Counted from the first letter of the stretch, positions 1 to 10,996 are shown. The stretch: DNA of 60,836 nucleotides from Ilumatobacteraceae bacterium (GCA_049454015.1 JBMTYA010000001.1:1-60836), one strand, 5' to 3'. A program made the numbers and translations. Notes: generated from the letters alone by a model not told the origin.

Positions 1-698
1 CCGAGTCGGTCACGCAGCCGTGCCGCCTCTTCGAAGTTCTGCTCGGCCGAAGCATGCTTCATCGTTTCGGTGAGCGTTTCCCGAACGTGGTCGGTGTCGC
101 CACCGAGGAATCTCACCAAGCCATCGACGTGACCGCGGTACGCCTCTTGCTCGACTTCGCCGACACAGGGTCCCGCGCACTTCTCGATATGGAATAAAAG
201 ACAAGGCCGCCCGAGTCGTTCGTGCTGGCGGAATTTTGCCGGCGAGCATGTGCGCACTGGGAACGTGCGCAGGAGTGCATCAAGCGTGTCGCGGATGGCC
301 CAGGCGTGCGCGTACGGGCCGAAGTACTTAGTTCCCCTTCGCTTGCGGCCGCGCATCACCACGGCGCGCGGCCACTCCTCATCCAGCGTGACAGCTAGGA
401 ATGGATAGCTCTTGTCGTCGCGCAGTCGCACGTTGAAACGCGGTCGGTGTTGCTTGATGAGGTTGTACTCGAGCAAGAGGGCGGCTACTTCGCTCTCAAC
501 CTCGATCCAGGTAACGTCGCGCGCCGCTGCAACCATCGCAGCCGTGCGCGAATGCAGCTGTGCGGGGTCGGCGAAGTACGAAGAGACGCGTGAGCGCAGA
601 TTCGCGGCCTTGCCTACATAGATGATGCGGCCGTGCTCGTCTTTGAACTGATACGAGCCGGGCCCCGTGGGAATCGTGGCGGTATCTGGACGTCGCAT
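1..698 (-). CDS. uvrC: Excinuclease ABC subunit C (UvrC), N-terminal part; the gene continues past the window start
   Basis: The ORF runs off the window edge, so it is absent from the ORF track. My translation of the minus strand from ATG at 698-696 gives MRRPDTATIPTGPGSYQFKDEHGRIIYVGKAANLRSRVSSYF...IEVESEVAALLLEYNLIKQHRPRFNV, the GIY-YIG N-terminus of UvrC. It starts 12 nt after the uvrA stop. Confidence 0.85.
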   Translation of the reverse strand, partial: MRRPDTATIPTGPGSYQFKDEHGRIIYVGKAANLRSRVSSYFADPAQLHSRTAAMVAAARDVTWIEVESEVAALLLEYNLIKQHRPRFNVRLRDDKSYPFLAVTLDEEWPRAVVMRGRKRRGTKYFGPYAHAWAIRDTLDALLRTFPVRTCSPAKFRQHERLGRPCLLFHIEKCAGPCVGEVEQEAYRGHVDGLVRFLGGDTDHVRETLTETMKHASAEQNFEEAARLRDRL

Positions 699-710
699 CA
701 CGACCCGAGG

Positions 711-3554
711 TCAGCTACGAAGCATGTCAACGAGAAACCGACCAGTGTGGCTGGCTTTCACCTTGGCAACTTGTTCTGGCGTGCCCTCGGCGACGATGGT
801 GCCACCTCCGTCACCACCCTCAGGTCCGAGGTCGATCAGCCAATCCGCTGTCTTTATGACATCGAGGTTGTGCTCGATGACGAGCACCGTGTTGCCTTGG
901 TCCACTAGGCGGGCAAGCACAATCAACAATCTCCGCACGTCCTCGAAATGCAGACCGGTCGTTGGTTCGTCAAGCAAATAGATGGTGTGGCCGGTGCTAC
1001 GCCGAGCAAGTTCGCTCGCGAGTTTCACGCGCTGCGCTTCGCCGCCCGAGAGCGTCGGCGCGGACTGGCCGAGCCGCACGTAACCCAAACCGACGTCAAC
1101 GAGAGTCTGCAAATGTCGTGCGATTCTCGGCTGGTTGGAGAAAAACTCGAGTGCTTCGCTGATCGGCATGTCGAGTACTTCGGCGATATTCTTTCCTTTG
1201 AAGCGAATCTCGAGGGTGTCTCGGTTGTAGCGCGCCCCTTTGCACACTTCGCACGGCACATAGACATCGGGCAGGAACTGCATTTCAATGCGGATAGTGC
1301 CGTCGCCCGAACACGCCTCGCATCTGCCGCCCGACACGTTGAAAGAGAAGCGACCAGGTTGGTAGCCGCGCACCTTTGCGTCGGGTGTGTTGGCGAACAG
1401 TTTGCGAATCTCGTCGAACATTCCGGTGTAGGTGGCCGGGTTCGAGCGAGGAGTACGGCCGATTGGCGACTGGTCCATATCAATCACCTTGTCGAGCTTG
1501 TCCATGCCAGTTACTGACTTGTGACGGCCCGGTGACTCCTTGCTCTTGTAGATCTTCTGCATGAGGGCTGGGAGCAGGATGTCTCGCACGAGCGTGCTCT
1601 TGCCGCTGCCAGATACACCCGTGACGGCGACGAAACAGCCGAGCGGAATGCGAACATCAATCTGTTTCAGATTGTGCTCGCGCGCCCCTTTCACCACGAG
1701 AGCATCTGCGCCAATTTGGCGCCGCTTTGCTGGCACAGCTATCGATTTCTTCCCGGAGAGGTATGCACCCGTCACTGAATTGTTCGATTTTTCGATGCCC
1801 TTCACGGGGCCGCTGTAGACCACTGCCCCGCCGTGCTCGCCGGCACCAGGGCCGATGTCAACGATCCAGTCGCTGGCTCGGATGGTGTCTTCGTCGTGCT
1901 CCACCACGAGCACCGTGTTGCCGAGGTCTCTCAACCGGTGCAATGTGTCGATTAAACGGTGATTGTCGCGTTGGTGTAAACCAATTGAAGGTTCGTCGAG
2001 CACATACAGGGTGCCGACGAGCCCTGAGCCGATCTGGCTTGCGAGTCGAATGCGCTGTGCCTCGCCGCCGGCCAGTGTGCCCGCAGACCTCGACAAGGTG
2101 AGGTAGTCGAGACCCACGTCGAGAAGAAATCCGAGTCGGGCGTTGATCTCCTTCGTTATGCGTTCAGCGATGATCTTTTCTCGCTTGTTGAGCGTCAACC
2201 CCGAGAGAAACTTTGCAGATTCACCGATCGACATGTCGCAAACGTCGGCAATCGACATGTCGTTGACTTTGACGGCAAGCGATTCGGGCTTCAGTCGAGC
2301 GCCCTTGCACTTGGAGCATGGCTTCTCGCGCATGTAGCTCTCGTATTGTTCGCGCTGGTAATCGCTCTCTGCGCTCTCGTGTCGACGCTTCAACCACGGG
2401 ATAACGCCTTCGAACGTCGTGCTGTACTCCCGCACTCGTCCGTAGCGATTGCGGTATTTGACGATGACGTTGTCGCCGAGACCGTTCATGATGATTTTCT
2501 GTTGTTTCGCGGTCAGCTTGGCCCAGGGTTTGTCGGTATCGATGCCTTCTTCCTCGGCGACGGCCTCGAGCATGCGGGTGAAATACATCGTGTGTGCGCT
2601 GCGCCAGGGTGCAATCGCCCCCTCGGTGATGCTGAGGTCGGGATCGGGCACGACGAGTTCTTGGTCCACCTCGAAGGTGGTGCCCAACCCGAGGCACTTA
2701 TCGCACGCACCATACGGCGTGTTAAATGAAAAATTGCGCGGCGCGAGTTCTTCATACGACGTACTGCACTTCGGGCACACGAGCTGCTGGCTGAAGTTGA
2801 GCACCTCAGCGATTTCGTCACCCTTGCCCATCACCTCGACGGTTGCGACTCCGTTGGCGAGCCGCAGTGCGGTCTCCATACTGTCCGTGAGGCGTCGGGT
2901 GATGCCGTCCTTGCGCACCAATCGGTCGACAACCACGTCAATGGTGTGTTGTTCGTAGCGGGCGAGTTTCTTGCCGCTCTTTTGGTGTTCAGCGATATCC
3001 GTTACCACTCCATCGACCCGCACGCGGGTGAAGCCCTGTGCGAGCAAATCTGCGAGGAGGGAGTCGTATTCCCCTTTGCGACCGCGTACCACCGGCGCGA
3101 GCACCTGGAATCGGGACCCTTCCTTTAGTTCGAGCACCTGGTCGACGATCTGCTCAGGGGTCTGCTTTGCCAGACGTGCACCGTCGTTCACACAATGTTG
3201 GATTCCGACTCGCGCGTACAGCAGTCGCAGGTAGTCGTACACCTCGGTGATGGTGCCAACCGTCGAACGCGGGTTGCGCGACGCAGACTTTTGGTCAATC
3301 GAGATCGCCGGCGACAAACCTTCGATGACGTCTACATCCGGTTTGTCCATCTGCCCAAGGAATTGCCGGGCGTACGCGCTGAGACTCTCCACGTACCGAC
3401 GTTGGCCTTCTGCGTAGATGGTGTCAAAGGCGAGGCTGCTCTTGCCCGAGCCCGACAAACCTGTGAGCACGACGAGCCGATCGCGAGGAATCTCCAGGTT
3501 GATGTTCTTCAGGTTGTGCTCACGCGCACCCCTGATGATGATCGAATCGGTCAC
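711..3554 (-). CDS. uvrA: Excinuclease ABC subunit A (UvrA)
   Basis: 947-aa ORF with two ABC ATPase modules ([47 protein letters not shown]) and Cys-pair zinc modules (CPKC..., CEAC...). GTG start 9 nt after the uvrB stop. Confidence 0.97.
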   Translation of the reverse strand: MTDSIIIRGAREHNLKNINLEIPRDRLVVLTGLSGSGKSSLAFDTIYAEGQRRYVESLSAYARQFLGQMDKPDVDVIEGLSPAISIDQKSASRNPRSTVGTITEVYDYLRLLYARVGIQHCVNDGARLAKQTPEQIVDQVLELKEGSRFQVLAPVVRGRKGEYDSLLADLLAQGFTRVRVDGVVTDIAEHQKSGKKLARYEQHTIDVVVDRLVRKDGITRRLTDSMETALRLANGVATVEVMGKGDEIAEVLNFSQQLVCPKCSTSYEELAPRNFSFNTPYGACDKCLGLGTTFEVDQELVVPDPDLSITEGAIAPWRSAHTMYFTRMLEAVAEEEGIDTDKPWAKLTAKQQKIIMNGLGDNVIVKYRNRYGRVREYSTTFEGVIPWLKRRHESAESDYQREQYESYMREKPCSKCKGARLKPESLAVKVNDMSIADVCDMSIGESAKFLSGLTLNKREKIIAERITKEINARLGFLLDVGLDYLTLSRSAGTLAGGEAQRIRLASQIGSGLVGTLYVLDEPSIGLHQRDNHRLIDTLHRLRDLGNTVLVVEHDEDTIRASDWIVDIGPGAGEHGGAVVYSGPVKGIEKSNNSVTGAYLSGKKSIAVPAKRRQIGADALVVKGAREHNLKQIDVRIPLGCFVAVTGVSGSGKSTLVRDILLPALMQKIYKSKESPGRHKSVTGMDKLDKVIDMDQSPIGRTPRSNPATYTGMFDEIRKLFANTPDAKVRGYQPGRFSFNVSGGRCEACSGDGTIRIEMQFLPDVYVPCEVCKGARYNRDTLEIRFKGKNIAEVLDMPISEALEFFSNQPRIARHLQTLVDVGLGYVRLGQSAPTLSGGEAQRVKLASELARRSTGHTIYLLDEPTTGLHFEDVRRLLIVLARLVDQGNTVLVIEHNLDVIKTADWLIDLGPEGGDGGGTIVAEGTPEQVAKVKASHTGRFLVDMLRS

Positions 3555-3563
3555 GACGTCACG

Positions 3564-5609
3564 CTAATTCTCAGGTTTGCCTTCGCGAAGTTCGCGTCGA
3601 AGCTCACGGATCTCATCACGCAACCGAGCTGCCTGTTCAAAGTGCAAGTCGGATGCCGCCTGATGCATCTCTTCTTCGAGCGTCCGAATGAGCCGTTCGA
3701 GATCGCTCGCCCCAAGTGACTTCAGGTCGCGAATCACCTTGTCACGCTCGCGTGACTGTCGTCTGCCCTTACCTGGATACGGAGCAGTTTCATCGGGTCG
3801 AAGGATGGACAGAATGTCGCCAACTGCCTTGCGGATGGTCTTGGGCTCGATACCTCGCTCTTTGTTGTAGGCAACCTGTCTCTCGCGGCGCGCGTTGGTG
3901 AGGGCGATTGCCGAATCCATCGCCGCGGTGTGCTTATCGGCGTACATGATCACCTGACCGTCGACATTTCGGGCTGCGCGACCAATCGTCTGGATGAGCG
4001 ACGTCTCACTCCGCAAGAAGCCTTCTTTGTCGGCATCGAGTATCGCGACAAGCGACACTTCAGGCAGGTCGAGGCCTTCGCGCAACAAGTTGATGCCTAC
4101 GAGCACGTCGAACTCCCCAAGCCTCAAGGCGCGGAGAATCTCGATTCGTTCGATTGTGTCGATGTTGGAGTGCAGATATCTCACGCGCAGACCCTGCTCC
4201 AGGAGGTATTCGGTCAGGTCTTCGGCCATCTTCTTGGTGAGCGTGGTGATGAGTATGCGGTCGCCCTTCTCGACTCGCTGACGCACGTTGAGGATGATGT
4301 CGTCGATTTGGCCCTTGGTCGGTTTGACGATGACTTCAGGGTCGACGAGGCCGGTCGGTCGCACGATCTGTTCCACCACCTGCGCCGAGTTCTGCAGTTC
4401 GAATTTGGCGGGCGTGGCCGACATGAAAATGCACTGGTTGACCCGCTCGAGCGTTTCTTCGAATCGCAACGGACGGTTCTCCATCGCACTCGGCAGGCGG
4501 AAACCGTGTTCAACGAGAGTGCCTTTTCGTGCGCGGTCTCCTGCGAACTGGCCATAGAGCTGCGGCACCGCCACGTGGCTTTCGTCAATGACGAGGAGGT
4601 AGTCATCCGGGAAGTAGTCGAGGAGTGTGAAGGGCGGATCACCGAAAGTGCGACCGTCGATGTGCATGGAGTAGTTCTCGATGCCGTTGCAGTACCCCAT
4701 CTCCTGGATCATCTCGATGTCATACCTCGTGCGCATGCCGAGGCGCTGGGCCTCAAGCAATTTGCCGTTCGCGTTGAAGAACTGCAGCCGCTCGGCGAGC
4801 TCGCCCTCAATTTTTTCGATTGCGCCTCGCATTCGTTCTTCGCCTGCCACGTAGTGCGTGGCAGGGAACACCACTACCTCGCTCGGTGTCGAAAGCGTCT
4901 CTCCTGTCACTGGGTCGACCACGGTGATGCGATCAACGGTGTCGCCGAACATCTCAATACGGGTCACGCACTCCTCGTAAGCAGGGTGAAGTTCGATGGT
5001 GTCGCCGCGTACGCGGAAGTTGCCGCGACCAAGCGCAGTGTCGTTGCGCTCGTATTGCAGGTCAACCAACCTGCGCAAGATGCTCTGCTGGTCGTAATCC
5101 ACGCCTTGGTGAAGTTCGAGCAGGTGACCCTTGTACTCGTCGGGGTCGCCCATGCCATAGATGCAGCTCACCGATGCCACGACGATGACGTCGCGTCGCG
5201 TGAGCAGTGCTGCCGTAGTGCTATGGCGGAGCCTGTCGATCTCGTCGTTGATGGACGAGTCCTTTTCGATGTAGGTGTCGCTCGAAGGTATGTACGCCTC
5301 GGGTTGGTAGTAGTCGTAGTACGAGACGAAGTATTCCACTCGGTTATTCGGGAAGAATTCCCTCATCTCCTGCGCGAGCTGCGCAGCGAGGCTCTTGTTC
5401 GGAGCCAAGATGAGTGTCGGTCGCTGCACCTTCTCGATCGTCCATGCAATCGTCGCTGACTTGCCCGATCCGGTGATGCCAAGGAGCGTCTGGAACCTCT
5501 CTCCACGTTCGATCCCCGCCGCGAGTTGTTCGATGGCGCGCGGCTGGTCACCTGCAGGCTCGTACTCGGACACCACCTTGAGGGCGTGCTTGGCGCGCGT
5601 GTCCACCAC
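3564..5609 (-). CDS. uvrB: Excinuclease ABC subunit B (UvrB)
   Basis: 681 aa with helicase motifs GITGSGKS and VIDESH, and a C-terminal UVR motif ([20 protein letters not shown]). Confidence 0.97.
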   Translation of the reverse strand: MVDTRAKHALKVVSEYEPAGDQPRAIEQLAAGIERGERFQTLLGITGSGKSATIAWTIEKVQRPTLILAPNKSLAAQLAQEMREFFPNNRVEYFVSYYDYYQPEAYIPSSDTYIEKDSSINDEIDRLRHSTTAALLTRRDVIVVASVSCIYGMGDPDEYKGHLLELHQGVDYDQQSILRRLVDLQYERNDTALGRGNFRVRGDTIELHPAYEECVTRIEMFGDTVDRITVVDPVTGETLSTPSEVVVFPATHYVAGEERMRGAIEKIEGELAERLQFFNANGKLLEAQRLGMRTRYDIEMIQEMGYCNGIENYSMHIDGRTFGDPPFTLLDYFPDDYLLVIDESHVAVPQLYGQFAGDRARKGTLVEHGFRLPSAMENRPLRFEETLERVNQCIFMSATPAKFELQNSAQVVEQIVRPTGLVDPEVIVKPTKGQIDDIILNVRQRVEKGDRILITTLTKKMAEDLTEYLLEQGLRVRYLHSNIDTIERIEILRALRLGEFDVLVGINLLREGLDLPEVSLVAILDADKEGFLRSETSLIQTIGRAARNVDGQVIMYADKHTAAMDSAIALTNARRERQVAYNKERGIEPKTIRKAVGDILSILRPDETAPYPGKGRRQSRERDKVIRDLKSLGASDLERLIRTLEEEMHQAASDLHFEQAARLRDEIRELRRELREGKPEN

Positions 5610-5618
5610 GCGGCAAGG

Positions 5619-6257
5619 CTACGAGTCGGCTGTTCTGGCGATGCGACCGGCGTCGGCACTTGCCGGTGGCAACGAACACATCCAGCGCCAGGCTTGGCTC
5701 ACCTGACGCGCGAGGTCGAGTCGCGAACCCGAGTTGTCGATAATCCAGTCCGCCACGGCACGGCGCGCCAAACGCGAAGACTGTCGGGCAACGCGAGCCC
5801 GAGCATCTGCTTCGGTGAGTCCCCGTTGTCCGACAAGGCGCTCGACTGCAATCTCTGTGTCAAGGTCTATGACAAGGATTCCGCATAGACCCGTGCGAGG
5901 ATTCTCCACGAGCAGAGGTACATCGAGTACGACGACTGCATCGGTGTCGCGCCGTTCGTCAATCTGGCGCATCATTTCTCGTCCGACGGCCGGGTGCACG
6001 ATTGCGTTGAGGTCGGTCAGGGCCTGTTGGTCGCCGAACACCGTCTCGGCGAGCGCGGCCCGATCGAGATGACCGCTCTCCATCAGGATGCCGGTGCCGA
6101 ATCGCTCGACGATTTTGCGCAGAACCTCTTGGCCGGGCTGCTGCAATTGCCGCACGATGACATCGGCATCAACAATCACAGCACCGTGTGCCGCAAGTTG
6201 TGCGGACACGACTGACTTGCCGGACCCGATACCACCGGTGAGCCCGACGAGAATCAT
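5619..6257 (-). CDS. coaE: Dephospho-CoA kinase
   Basis: 212 aa with N-terminal P-loop MILVGLTGGIGSGKS. It sits between rpsA and uvrB, as in other Actinobacteria. Confidence 0.9.
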   Translation of the reverse strand: MILVGLTGGIGSGKSVVSAQLAAHGAVIVDADVIVRQLQQPGQEVLRKIVERFGTGILMESGHLDRAALAETVFGDQQALTDLNAIVHPAVGREMMRQIDERRDTDAVVVLDVPLLVENPRTGLCGILVIDLDTEIAVERLVGQRGLTEADARARVARQSSRLARRAVADWIIDNSGSRLDLARQVSQAWRWMCSLPPASADAGRIARTADS

Positions 6258-6281
6258 CGGATCACTGCGGCAATCTTGTGG

Positions 6282-7550
6282 TCAGCTGTTCTGTTGACCC
6301 TCGGCCTGGTACATCTCGCTCCACGCAGCTTCACGTGATGCTTCGTCTGCACCGACCCAGTTGCCCTGCTCGTCAGCCTTGAACTGGTCGCGATACTCCG
6401 GCGCCAATTCGCCACCTTCGGCAGCCTGCTTGATCGACAGGCTGATTCGGCGTCGCGCCAGATCGAGGTCGATGATCTTGACCCACAGCTCTTCACCTGG
6501 GGTGACCACTTGCTCAGGTGCTTCAACGTGGTGCGTCGACATCTCGGAGATGTGGACGAGACCTTCAATGCCGTCACCGACTTGCACGAACGCGCCGAAC
6601 GGCACGATCTTGGTGACGCGGCCGTAGACGAGCTGGTTAACGGCGTGCGAACTGGCGAATGCCTGCCATGGATCCTGCTGAGTTGCCTTCAGCGACAAGC
6701 TGATTCGCTCGCGCTCGTTGTCGATTTCGAGCACCTTCACTTCAACCTCGTCGCCAATCTTCACGATGTCGGCAGGGTTGTCGACGTGCTTCCAGGAGAG
6801 TTCGGACACGTGGATGAGGCCGTCCATGCCGCCGAGGTCGACGAACACACCGAACGCAACGATCGACGACACGCGACCCTTGCGAACCTCTCCGACCTTC
6901 AGGTTGACGAGGAAGCCGTCGCGGCTCTCGCGCTGCGTGGCCTCGAGCACCGCTCGGCGCGACAACACAACGTTGTTGCGGTTGCGGTCGAGCTCGAGGA
7001 TCTTGGCTTGCACCTTCTGGCCGACGTAGGGCGATAGCTCCTTCACGCGACGCAACTCGACGAGCGAAGCCGGCAAGAAGCCGCGGAGTCCGATGTCGAC
7101 GATGAGGCCGCCCTTCACTTCTTCGATGACGAGACCTTCGACGATGCCGTCTTCGTTCTTGATGCGCTCGACGTCGCCCCACGCGCGCTCGTATTGCGCG
7201 CGCTTCTTGGAGAGCAGCAAGCGGCCCTCTTTGTCTTCAAGCGTGAGCACGAGAGCTTCGACTTTTTCTCCGAGCTTCACGACCGTGTTCGGGTCGACAT
7301 CTTGGCGAATTGTGAGTTCTCGGTTGAGGATGACACCTTCGGTCTTGTAGCCGATTTCGAGAAGCACTTCTTCGCGGGTGATGCGCACGACTGTGCCCGT
7401 GACGAGCTTGCCTTCCTTGATTTCGACGAAGGTGCTTGCGATCTCGTCGGCGAACGATGCGTCTCGTTCGGTTACTTTGCGAGGAACGTAATTGCCGCTT
7501 TGATCAAAGGTGCCCATAGCGGACGCTGGGCTGAGAGTGGTTTCGGACAC
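6282..7550 (-). CDS. rpsA: 30S ribosomal protein S1
   Basis: 422 aa with repeated S1 OB-fold motifs (GTVVRITREEVLLEIG, GLVIEEVKGGLIVDIG, GRVSSIVAFGVFVDLGG, GRVTKIVPFGAFVQVGDG). GTG start at 7550; an in-frame ATG at 7517 is an alternative start. Confidence 0.92.
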   Translation of the reverse strand: MSETTLSPASAMGTFDQSGNYVPRKVTERDASFADEIASTFVEIKEGKLVTGTVVRITREEVLLEIGYKTEGVILNRELTIRQDVDPNTVVKLGEKVEALVLTLEDKEGRLLLSKKRAQYERAWGDVERIKNEDGIVEGLVIEEVKGGLIVDIGLRGFLPASLVELRRVKELSPYVGQKVQAKILELDRNRNNVVLSRRAVLEATQRESRDGFLVNLKVGEVRKGRVSSIVAFGVFVDLGGMDGLIHVSELSWKHVDNPADIVKIGDEVEVKVLEIDNERERISLSLKATQQDPWQAFASSHAVNQLVYGRVTKIVPFGAFVQVGDGIEGLVHISEMSTHHVEAPEQVVTPGEELWVKIIDLDLARRRISLSIKQAAEGGELAPEYRDQFKADEQGNWVGADEASREAAWSEMYQAEGQQNS

Positions 7551-7614
7551 GGGATGCTTTCAGTGGATAGGAAGAGTAGGAATAGGACAGTTCCCGCCCC
7601 GAGAGGCGGATGGG

Positions 7615-10398
7615 TCAGGCTACCTTCGCGCCCGCCCAACTCCTTCCCCACGACGCATTCACCACAAGCGGCACATCGAGGCGCGCGGCTCCTTGCATTG
7701 CCTCGAGTGCCAACGGCCCGACGACGCTCTTTTCTGCCTCGGGCACCTCGAGGATCACTTCATCGTGCACCTGGAGCACGATCTGACTCGAAAACCCACC
7801 CGCCTCGAGTTGCCGGTCGATATCTACGAGTGCAATCTTGAAGATGTCCGCGGCCAGACCTTGGATGCCGGCGTTCATCGCCATGCGGGCAGCCGCAGCG
7901 TCGACGTTCCGGTTGCCGCCGAAGCCTTCGATCTGTCGGCGTCGCCCAAAGAGCGTCATCGTGTATCCGAGTTTTCGAGCGCCCGCCACCGCGTCATCCA
8001 TGTATTTGCGCACTTTCGGAAATGCGTCAAAGTATGCGTCGAGAATCTCCTTTGCCTCGCCAACATCAATCGCCAGCCGCTGTGAGAGGCCGTATGCCTC
8101 CATTCCGTAAGCGAGACCGTACGACACCATCTTGGCTTTGGATCGCTGCTCGGACGTCACGTCGGTGACCTTCACTCCGAACACCTGCGCGGCGGTTGCG
8201 CGATGGATGTCGAGACCTTCGTTAAACGCCCGCAGGAGACCCGGATCTTGTGCGAGATGAGCGATGCACCGAAGCTCGATCTGGTTGTAGTCGGCTACCA
8301 AGAACTCGCAACCAGGAGCAGGCACGAATGCTTCCCTGAACACGCGTCCGGCCTCTGAGCGAACCGGAATGTTGTGCAGATTCGGTTGGTCGCTCGAAAG
8401 CCGACCGGTGCGCGCGACAGTCTGATTGAAGCTGGCGTGGATGCGATCGTCACTCGCCACTGCAGCGAGCAGACCTTCTGCGTAGGTTGCGCGCAATTTC
8501 TCCGTCTCGCGATACTCAAGCAACGGTCCGATGAACGCGGGCCATTCGTCACGAAGCTTCTCAAGCGTTGCAGCATCAGTGCTCTGCTGTTTGGTCTTGG
8601 TCTTCTTCCCACCGGTGAGGCCTTTTTCCACGAACAAGATCTCGGCAAGCTGCTTGGGTGAATTCACGTTGAATTCGCGACCAGCTTCCTTGTGCAGGGT
8701 GACAACGAGGGCGTCACTCTTTTTCTTCAGCTCTCGTTCCAACGAGACGAGACGCTTTCGGTCTACGCCGATACCGACGTGCTCCATCTTCGCTAGCACT
8801 CTCACGAGCGGAAGCTCCGTGCGCTCATACAACGACATCAGCTTGGTTTCCACAAGTGCAGCGCGGAGTACGGGCTCGGACATGGCTGCGATGGTCGCTT
8901 CGACAGCAGCTTCCTCGAGGGCAGCTTCGTGCGGATTGGCGTCGAAATTGAGTTCGCCCTCTGGTGCACCTTGCGTCGTTGCAATGCGACGCTTCAACCA
9001 TCTCCGGGCGATGCTCTCTGCGTCGTAGGAGCCCGATTCTGCTTCCACGAGGTAGGCGGCAATCGCCGTATCGAATGCCAATGCCGAGAGATCGATCCCG
9101 AGGGCAAGCAGCCCGCGCAACAAGTTACGTGCGTCGTTTGCTACGAGCCGTTTGCTCAAAGTAAGAACATCGCGCACGGCAGGATCCGACAACAGCTCGG
9201 CAACAATCGCCGTGCAGGGCACCGGTTCGCTCGCGCGGCTAGCCCCAGCGCGGTCGGGTGAGCTGGCAGTGTTCGACACAAGCAGTGCGATGATGCTGCT
9301 TCGACCCGGTTCTCCGTCCCAGGCCGCAGCAATTCCAACGTGCGCATCGCCCGTGGTGAGCGCCTTCACGGCTTCCTGCGTCGAATTCGTCGTCGTCACC
9401 GAACACCGCAGCGTGTTGTCGACTACCCCGGTCACCGAATTCGTCGTTGCCCCCTTTTCGGCGTTACCGGCTGCAGTTTTGCTTGTGGCGGCGTCGGTGA
9501 GCCCTGTCGCGTCACTCGCGGTCGAGCCGCCGAACTTGGCAAGAAAAGGCTTCCATCGCCCGAGCATGGTGGAGAATTCGAGCCGTGCGAACATCGCCGA
9601 CAAAGCGTGTGTGTCAGGCTTCGGCGTCAGGCTCGTACGTTGGATCTCCACTGGCACGTCACGAACGAGGCGCATCAGTGAAGCGTTACGCAGCACTCGT
9701 TCTCGAGATGCGTGCAATGCCTCTCGAAGTTTGGGAGTTTGATCGTCGGCGTGGTCGAACACCGCGACAAGTGAGCCGTATTGGTTGATGAGTTTCGCGG
9801 CAGTCTTCTCCCCGACCCCTGGAACACCGTCCAAGTTGTCGCTGGGGTCGCCGCGCAGCGCCGCATAGTCGGCGTACTGCGCTGGTGTCACGCCAGTGCG
9901 CTCCTTGATTCCCGCTTCGTCGTACAGGGCGTAGTCGGAGACCCCGCGCTTGTTGTAGAGCACCCGCACTTTCGGATCGCGAACCAGTTGATATGAGTCG
10001 CGGTCACCCGTGACGATGATCAAGTCATCTTCACTGCCGAGCTTGTCGGCGATCGTCGCAATAATGTCGTCGCCTTCGAATCCGGCGCGATCAAGCACCG
10101 CAATGCCGGCTGCCGAAAGCAACTCCTTGATCACATCCAGCTGTGAGTACAAGGTGTCGGGCTGTTTCTCGCGCTGCGCCTTGTATTCGGGTGCCTGTTC
10201 GTGGCGGAACGTCTTCTCCTTTCGGTCGAATACCACGACGATGCCGTCAGGGTCGTGATCTTTCACCAGATTGGCGAACATCGAGCAAAATCCGAAAACG
10301 GCGTTAGTGACTTCTCCCTCGACGGTCGTCATCGTGTCGGGCAACGCAAAGAACGCTCGGTAAGCAAGCGAGTTGCCGTCGAGGGCCATCAACTTCAT
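7615..10398 (-). CDS. polA: DNA polymerase I
   Basis: 927 aa with a 5'-nuclease N-terminus (LDGNSLAYRAFFALP) and polymerase motifs (LVADYNQIELR, RSKAKMVSYGLAYG, LQVHDEVILE). Its ATG overlaps the upstream gene's stop (ATGA). Confidence 0.97.
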   Translation of the reverse strand: MKLMALDGNSLAYRAFFALPDTMTTVEGEVTNAVFGFCSMFANLVKDHDPDGIVVVFDRKEKTFRHEQAPEYKAQREKQPDTLYSQLDVIKELLSAAGIAVLDRAGFEGDDIIATIADKLGSEDDLIIVTGDRDSYQLVRDPKVRVLYNKRGVSDYALYDEAGIKERTGVTPAQYADYAALRGDPSDNLDGVPGVGEKTAAKLINQYGSLVAVFDHADDQTPKLREALHASRERVLRNASLMRLVRDVPVEIQRTSLTPKPDTHALSAMFARLEFSTMLGRWKPFLAKFGGSTASDATGLTDAATSKTAAGNAEKGATTNSVTGVVDNTLRCSVTTTNSTQEAVKALTTGDAHVGIAAAWDGEPGRSSIIALLVSNTASSPDRAGASRASEPVPCTAIVAELLSDPAVRDVLTLSKRLVANDARNLLRGLLALGIDLSALAFDTAIAAYLVEAESGSYDAESIARRWLKRRIATTQGAPEGELNFDANPHEAALEEAAVEATIAAMSEPVLRAALVETKLMSLYERTELPLVRVLAKMEHVGIGVDRKRLVSLERELKKKSDALVVTLHKEAGREFNVNSPKQLAEILFVEKGLTGGKKTKTKQQSTDAATLEKLRDEWPAFIGPLLEYRETEKLRATYAEGLLAAVASDDRIHASFNQTVARTGRLSSDQPNLHNIPVRSEAGRVFREAFVPAPGCEFLVADYNQIELRCIAHLAQDPGLLRAFNEGLDIHRATAAQVFGVKVTDVTSEQRSKAKMVSYGLAYGMEAYGLSQRLAIDVGEAKEILDAYFDAFPKVRKYMDDAVAGARKLGYTMTLFGRRRQIEGFGGNRNVDAAAARMAMNAGIQGLAADIFKIALVDIDRQLEAGGFSSQIVLQVHDEVILEVPEAEKSVVGPLALEAMQGAARLDVPLVVNASWGRSWAGAKVA

Positions 10399-10973
10399 TG
10401 GCTGGGTGCGGTCTCACCTTTCAACACCGACTCCGCAATCGAGCGCATTGAAGCACGCTTAGCCATCGCCGACTTCTGAATGAACGAGAACGCCTCTGAC
10501 TCCTTCATCCCGTGTGCATCGATGAGCATCCCTTTGGCGCGGTCGATGAGTTTGCGAACCTCGAGGCGCTCGGTCAACTCGATGACTTCGGCTGCCAGTG
10601 CTTTGGTCTCTGCAAATCTTGCAATGGCGAGCTCGATAGCCGGCACGAGATCTGTTTTTTGAAACGGTTTGACGAGATACGCAAGCGCACCTGCATCTCG
10701 GGCCTGCTCAACGACTTCACGTTGGCTGAAGGCTGTGAGCATGAGCACTGCGCAGATGGCCTCGCCACTGATTCGCTTAGCTGCCTCAATGCCGTCCATC
10801 CCTGGCATCTTCACGTCGAGGATCACGACATCTGGCTTCAGATTTCGCACCAATTCGACCGCTTGATCGCCGCGGCCTGCCTCGCCGACGACGCTGTACC
10901 CCTCTTCCTCGAGCATCTCGCGCAAATCGAGACGGATGATTGCTTCATCCTCGGCGATGACGATGGTGGTCAC
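10395..10973 (-). CDS. pdtaR: Response regulator with ANTAR RNA-binding output domain (PdtaR-like)
   Basis: 192 aa with a receiver domain (IVIAEDEAIIRLDL...VVILDVKMPGMDG) followed by an ANTAR-type helical C-terminus (RKLIDRAKGMLIDAHGMKESEAFSFIQKSAMAKRASM). It neighbours polA as pdtaR does in mycobacteria. Confidence 0.85.
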   Translation of the reverse strand: MTTIVIAEDEAIIRLDLREMLEEEGYSVVGEAGRGDQAVELVRNLKPDVVILDVKMPGMDGIEAAKRISGEAICAVLMLTAFSQREVVEQARDAGALAYLVKPFQKTDLVPAIELAIARFAETKALAAEVIELTERLEVRKLIDRAKGMLIDAHGMKESEAFSFIQKSAMAKRASMRSIAESVLKGETAPSQ

Positions 10974-10996
10974 GAGACGACTCTAGAACTCGCGAG

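Noticed and set aside
3930-5459. 509-aa plus-strand ORF, plus many other long ORFs antisense to uvrA, uvrB, polA and other genes
   Set aside because: It lies entirely antisense to uvrB, whose helicase motifs are unambiguous. Its translation is low-complexity and rich in R, V, H and D, with no motifs. This is a typical open antisense frame of a high-GC genome. The same reasoning applies to 948..1517, 3195..3719, 6510..7037, 7194..7841, 16409..17383, 20710..21585, 21582..22610, 41731..42255 and similar ORFs.
5610-5760. LexA (GAAC-N4-GTTC type) or PafBC/RecA-NDp (TGTCRGTG-N8-TANNNT) motifs upstream of uvrB, dinG, recO and the SRAP gene
   Set aside because: I found no convincing match by eye. 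Isolated CACCGACA strings at about 45253 and 52860 are inside coding regions and lack the TANNNT partner. A position-weight-matrix scan would be needed, so I make no claim.
7594-7609. Possible polA terminator hairpin CCGCC-N6-GGCGG
   Set aside because: The stem is only 5 bp and no U-run follows on the sense strand. That is too weak to call.
9371-9448. 12-bp direct repeat CGAATTCGTCGT, 66 bp apart
   Set aside because: It lies inside the polA linker and simply encodes a repeated TTNS peptide in a low-complexity Thr/Ser-rich region. It is not a regulatory or mobile repeat.
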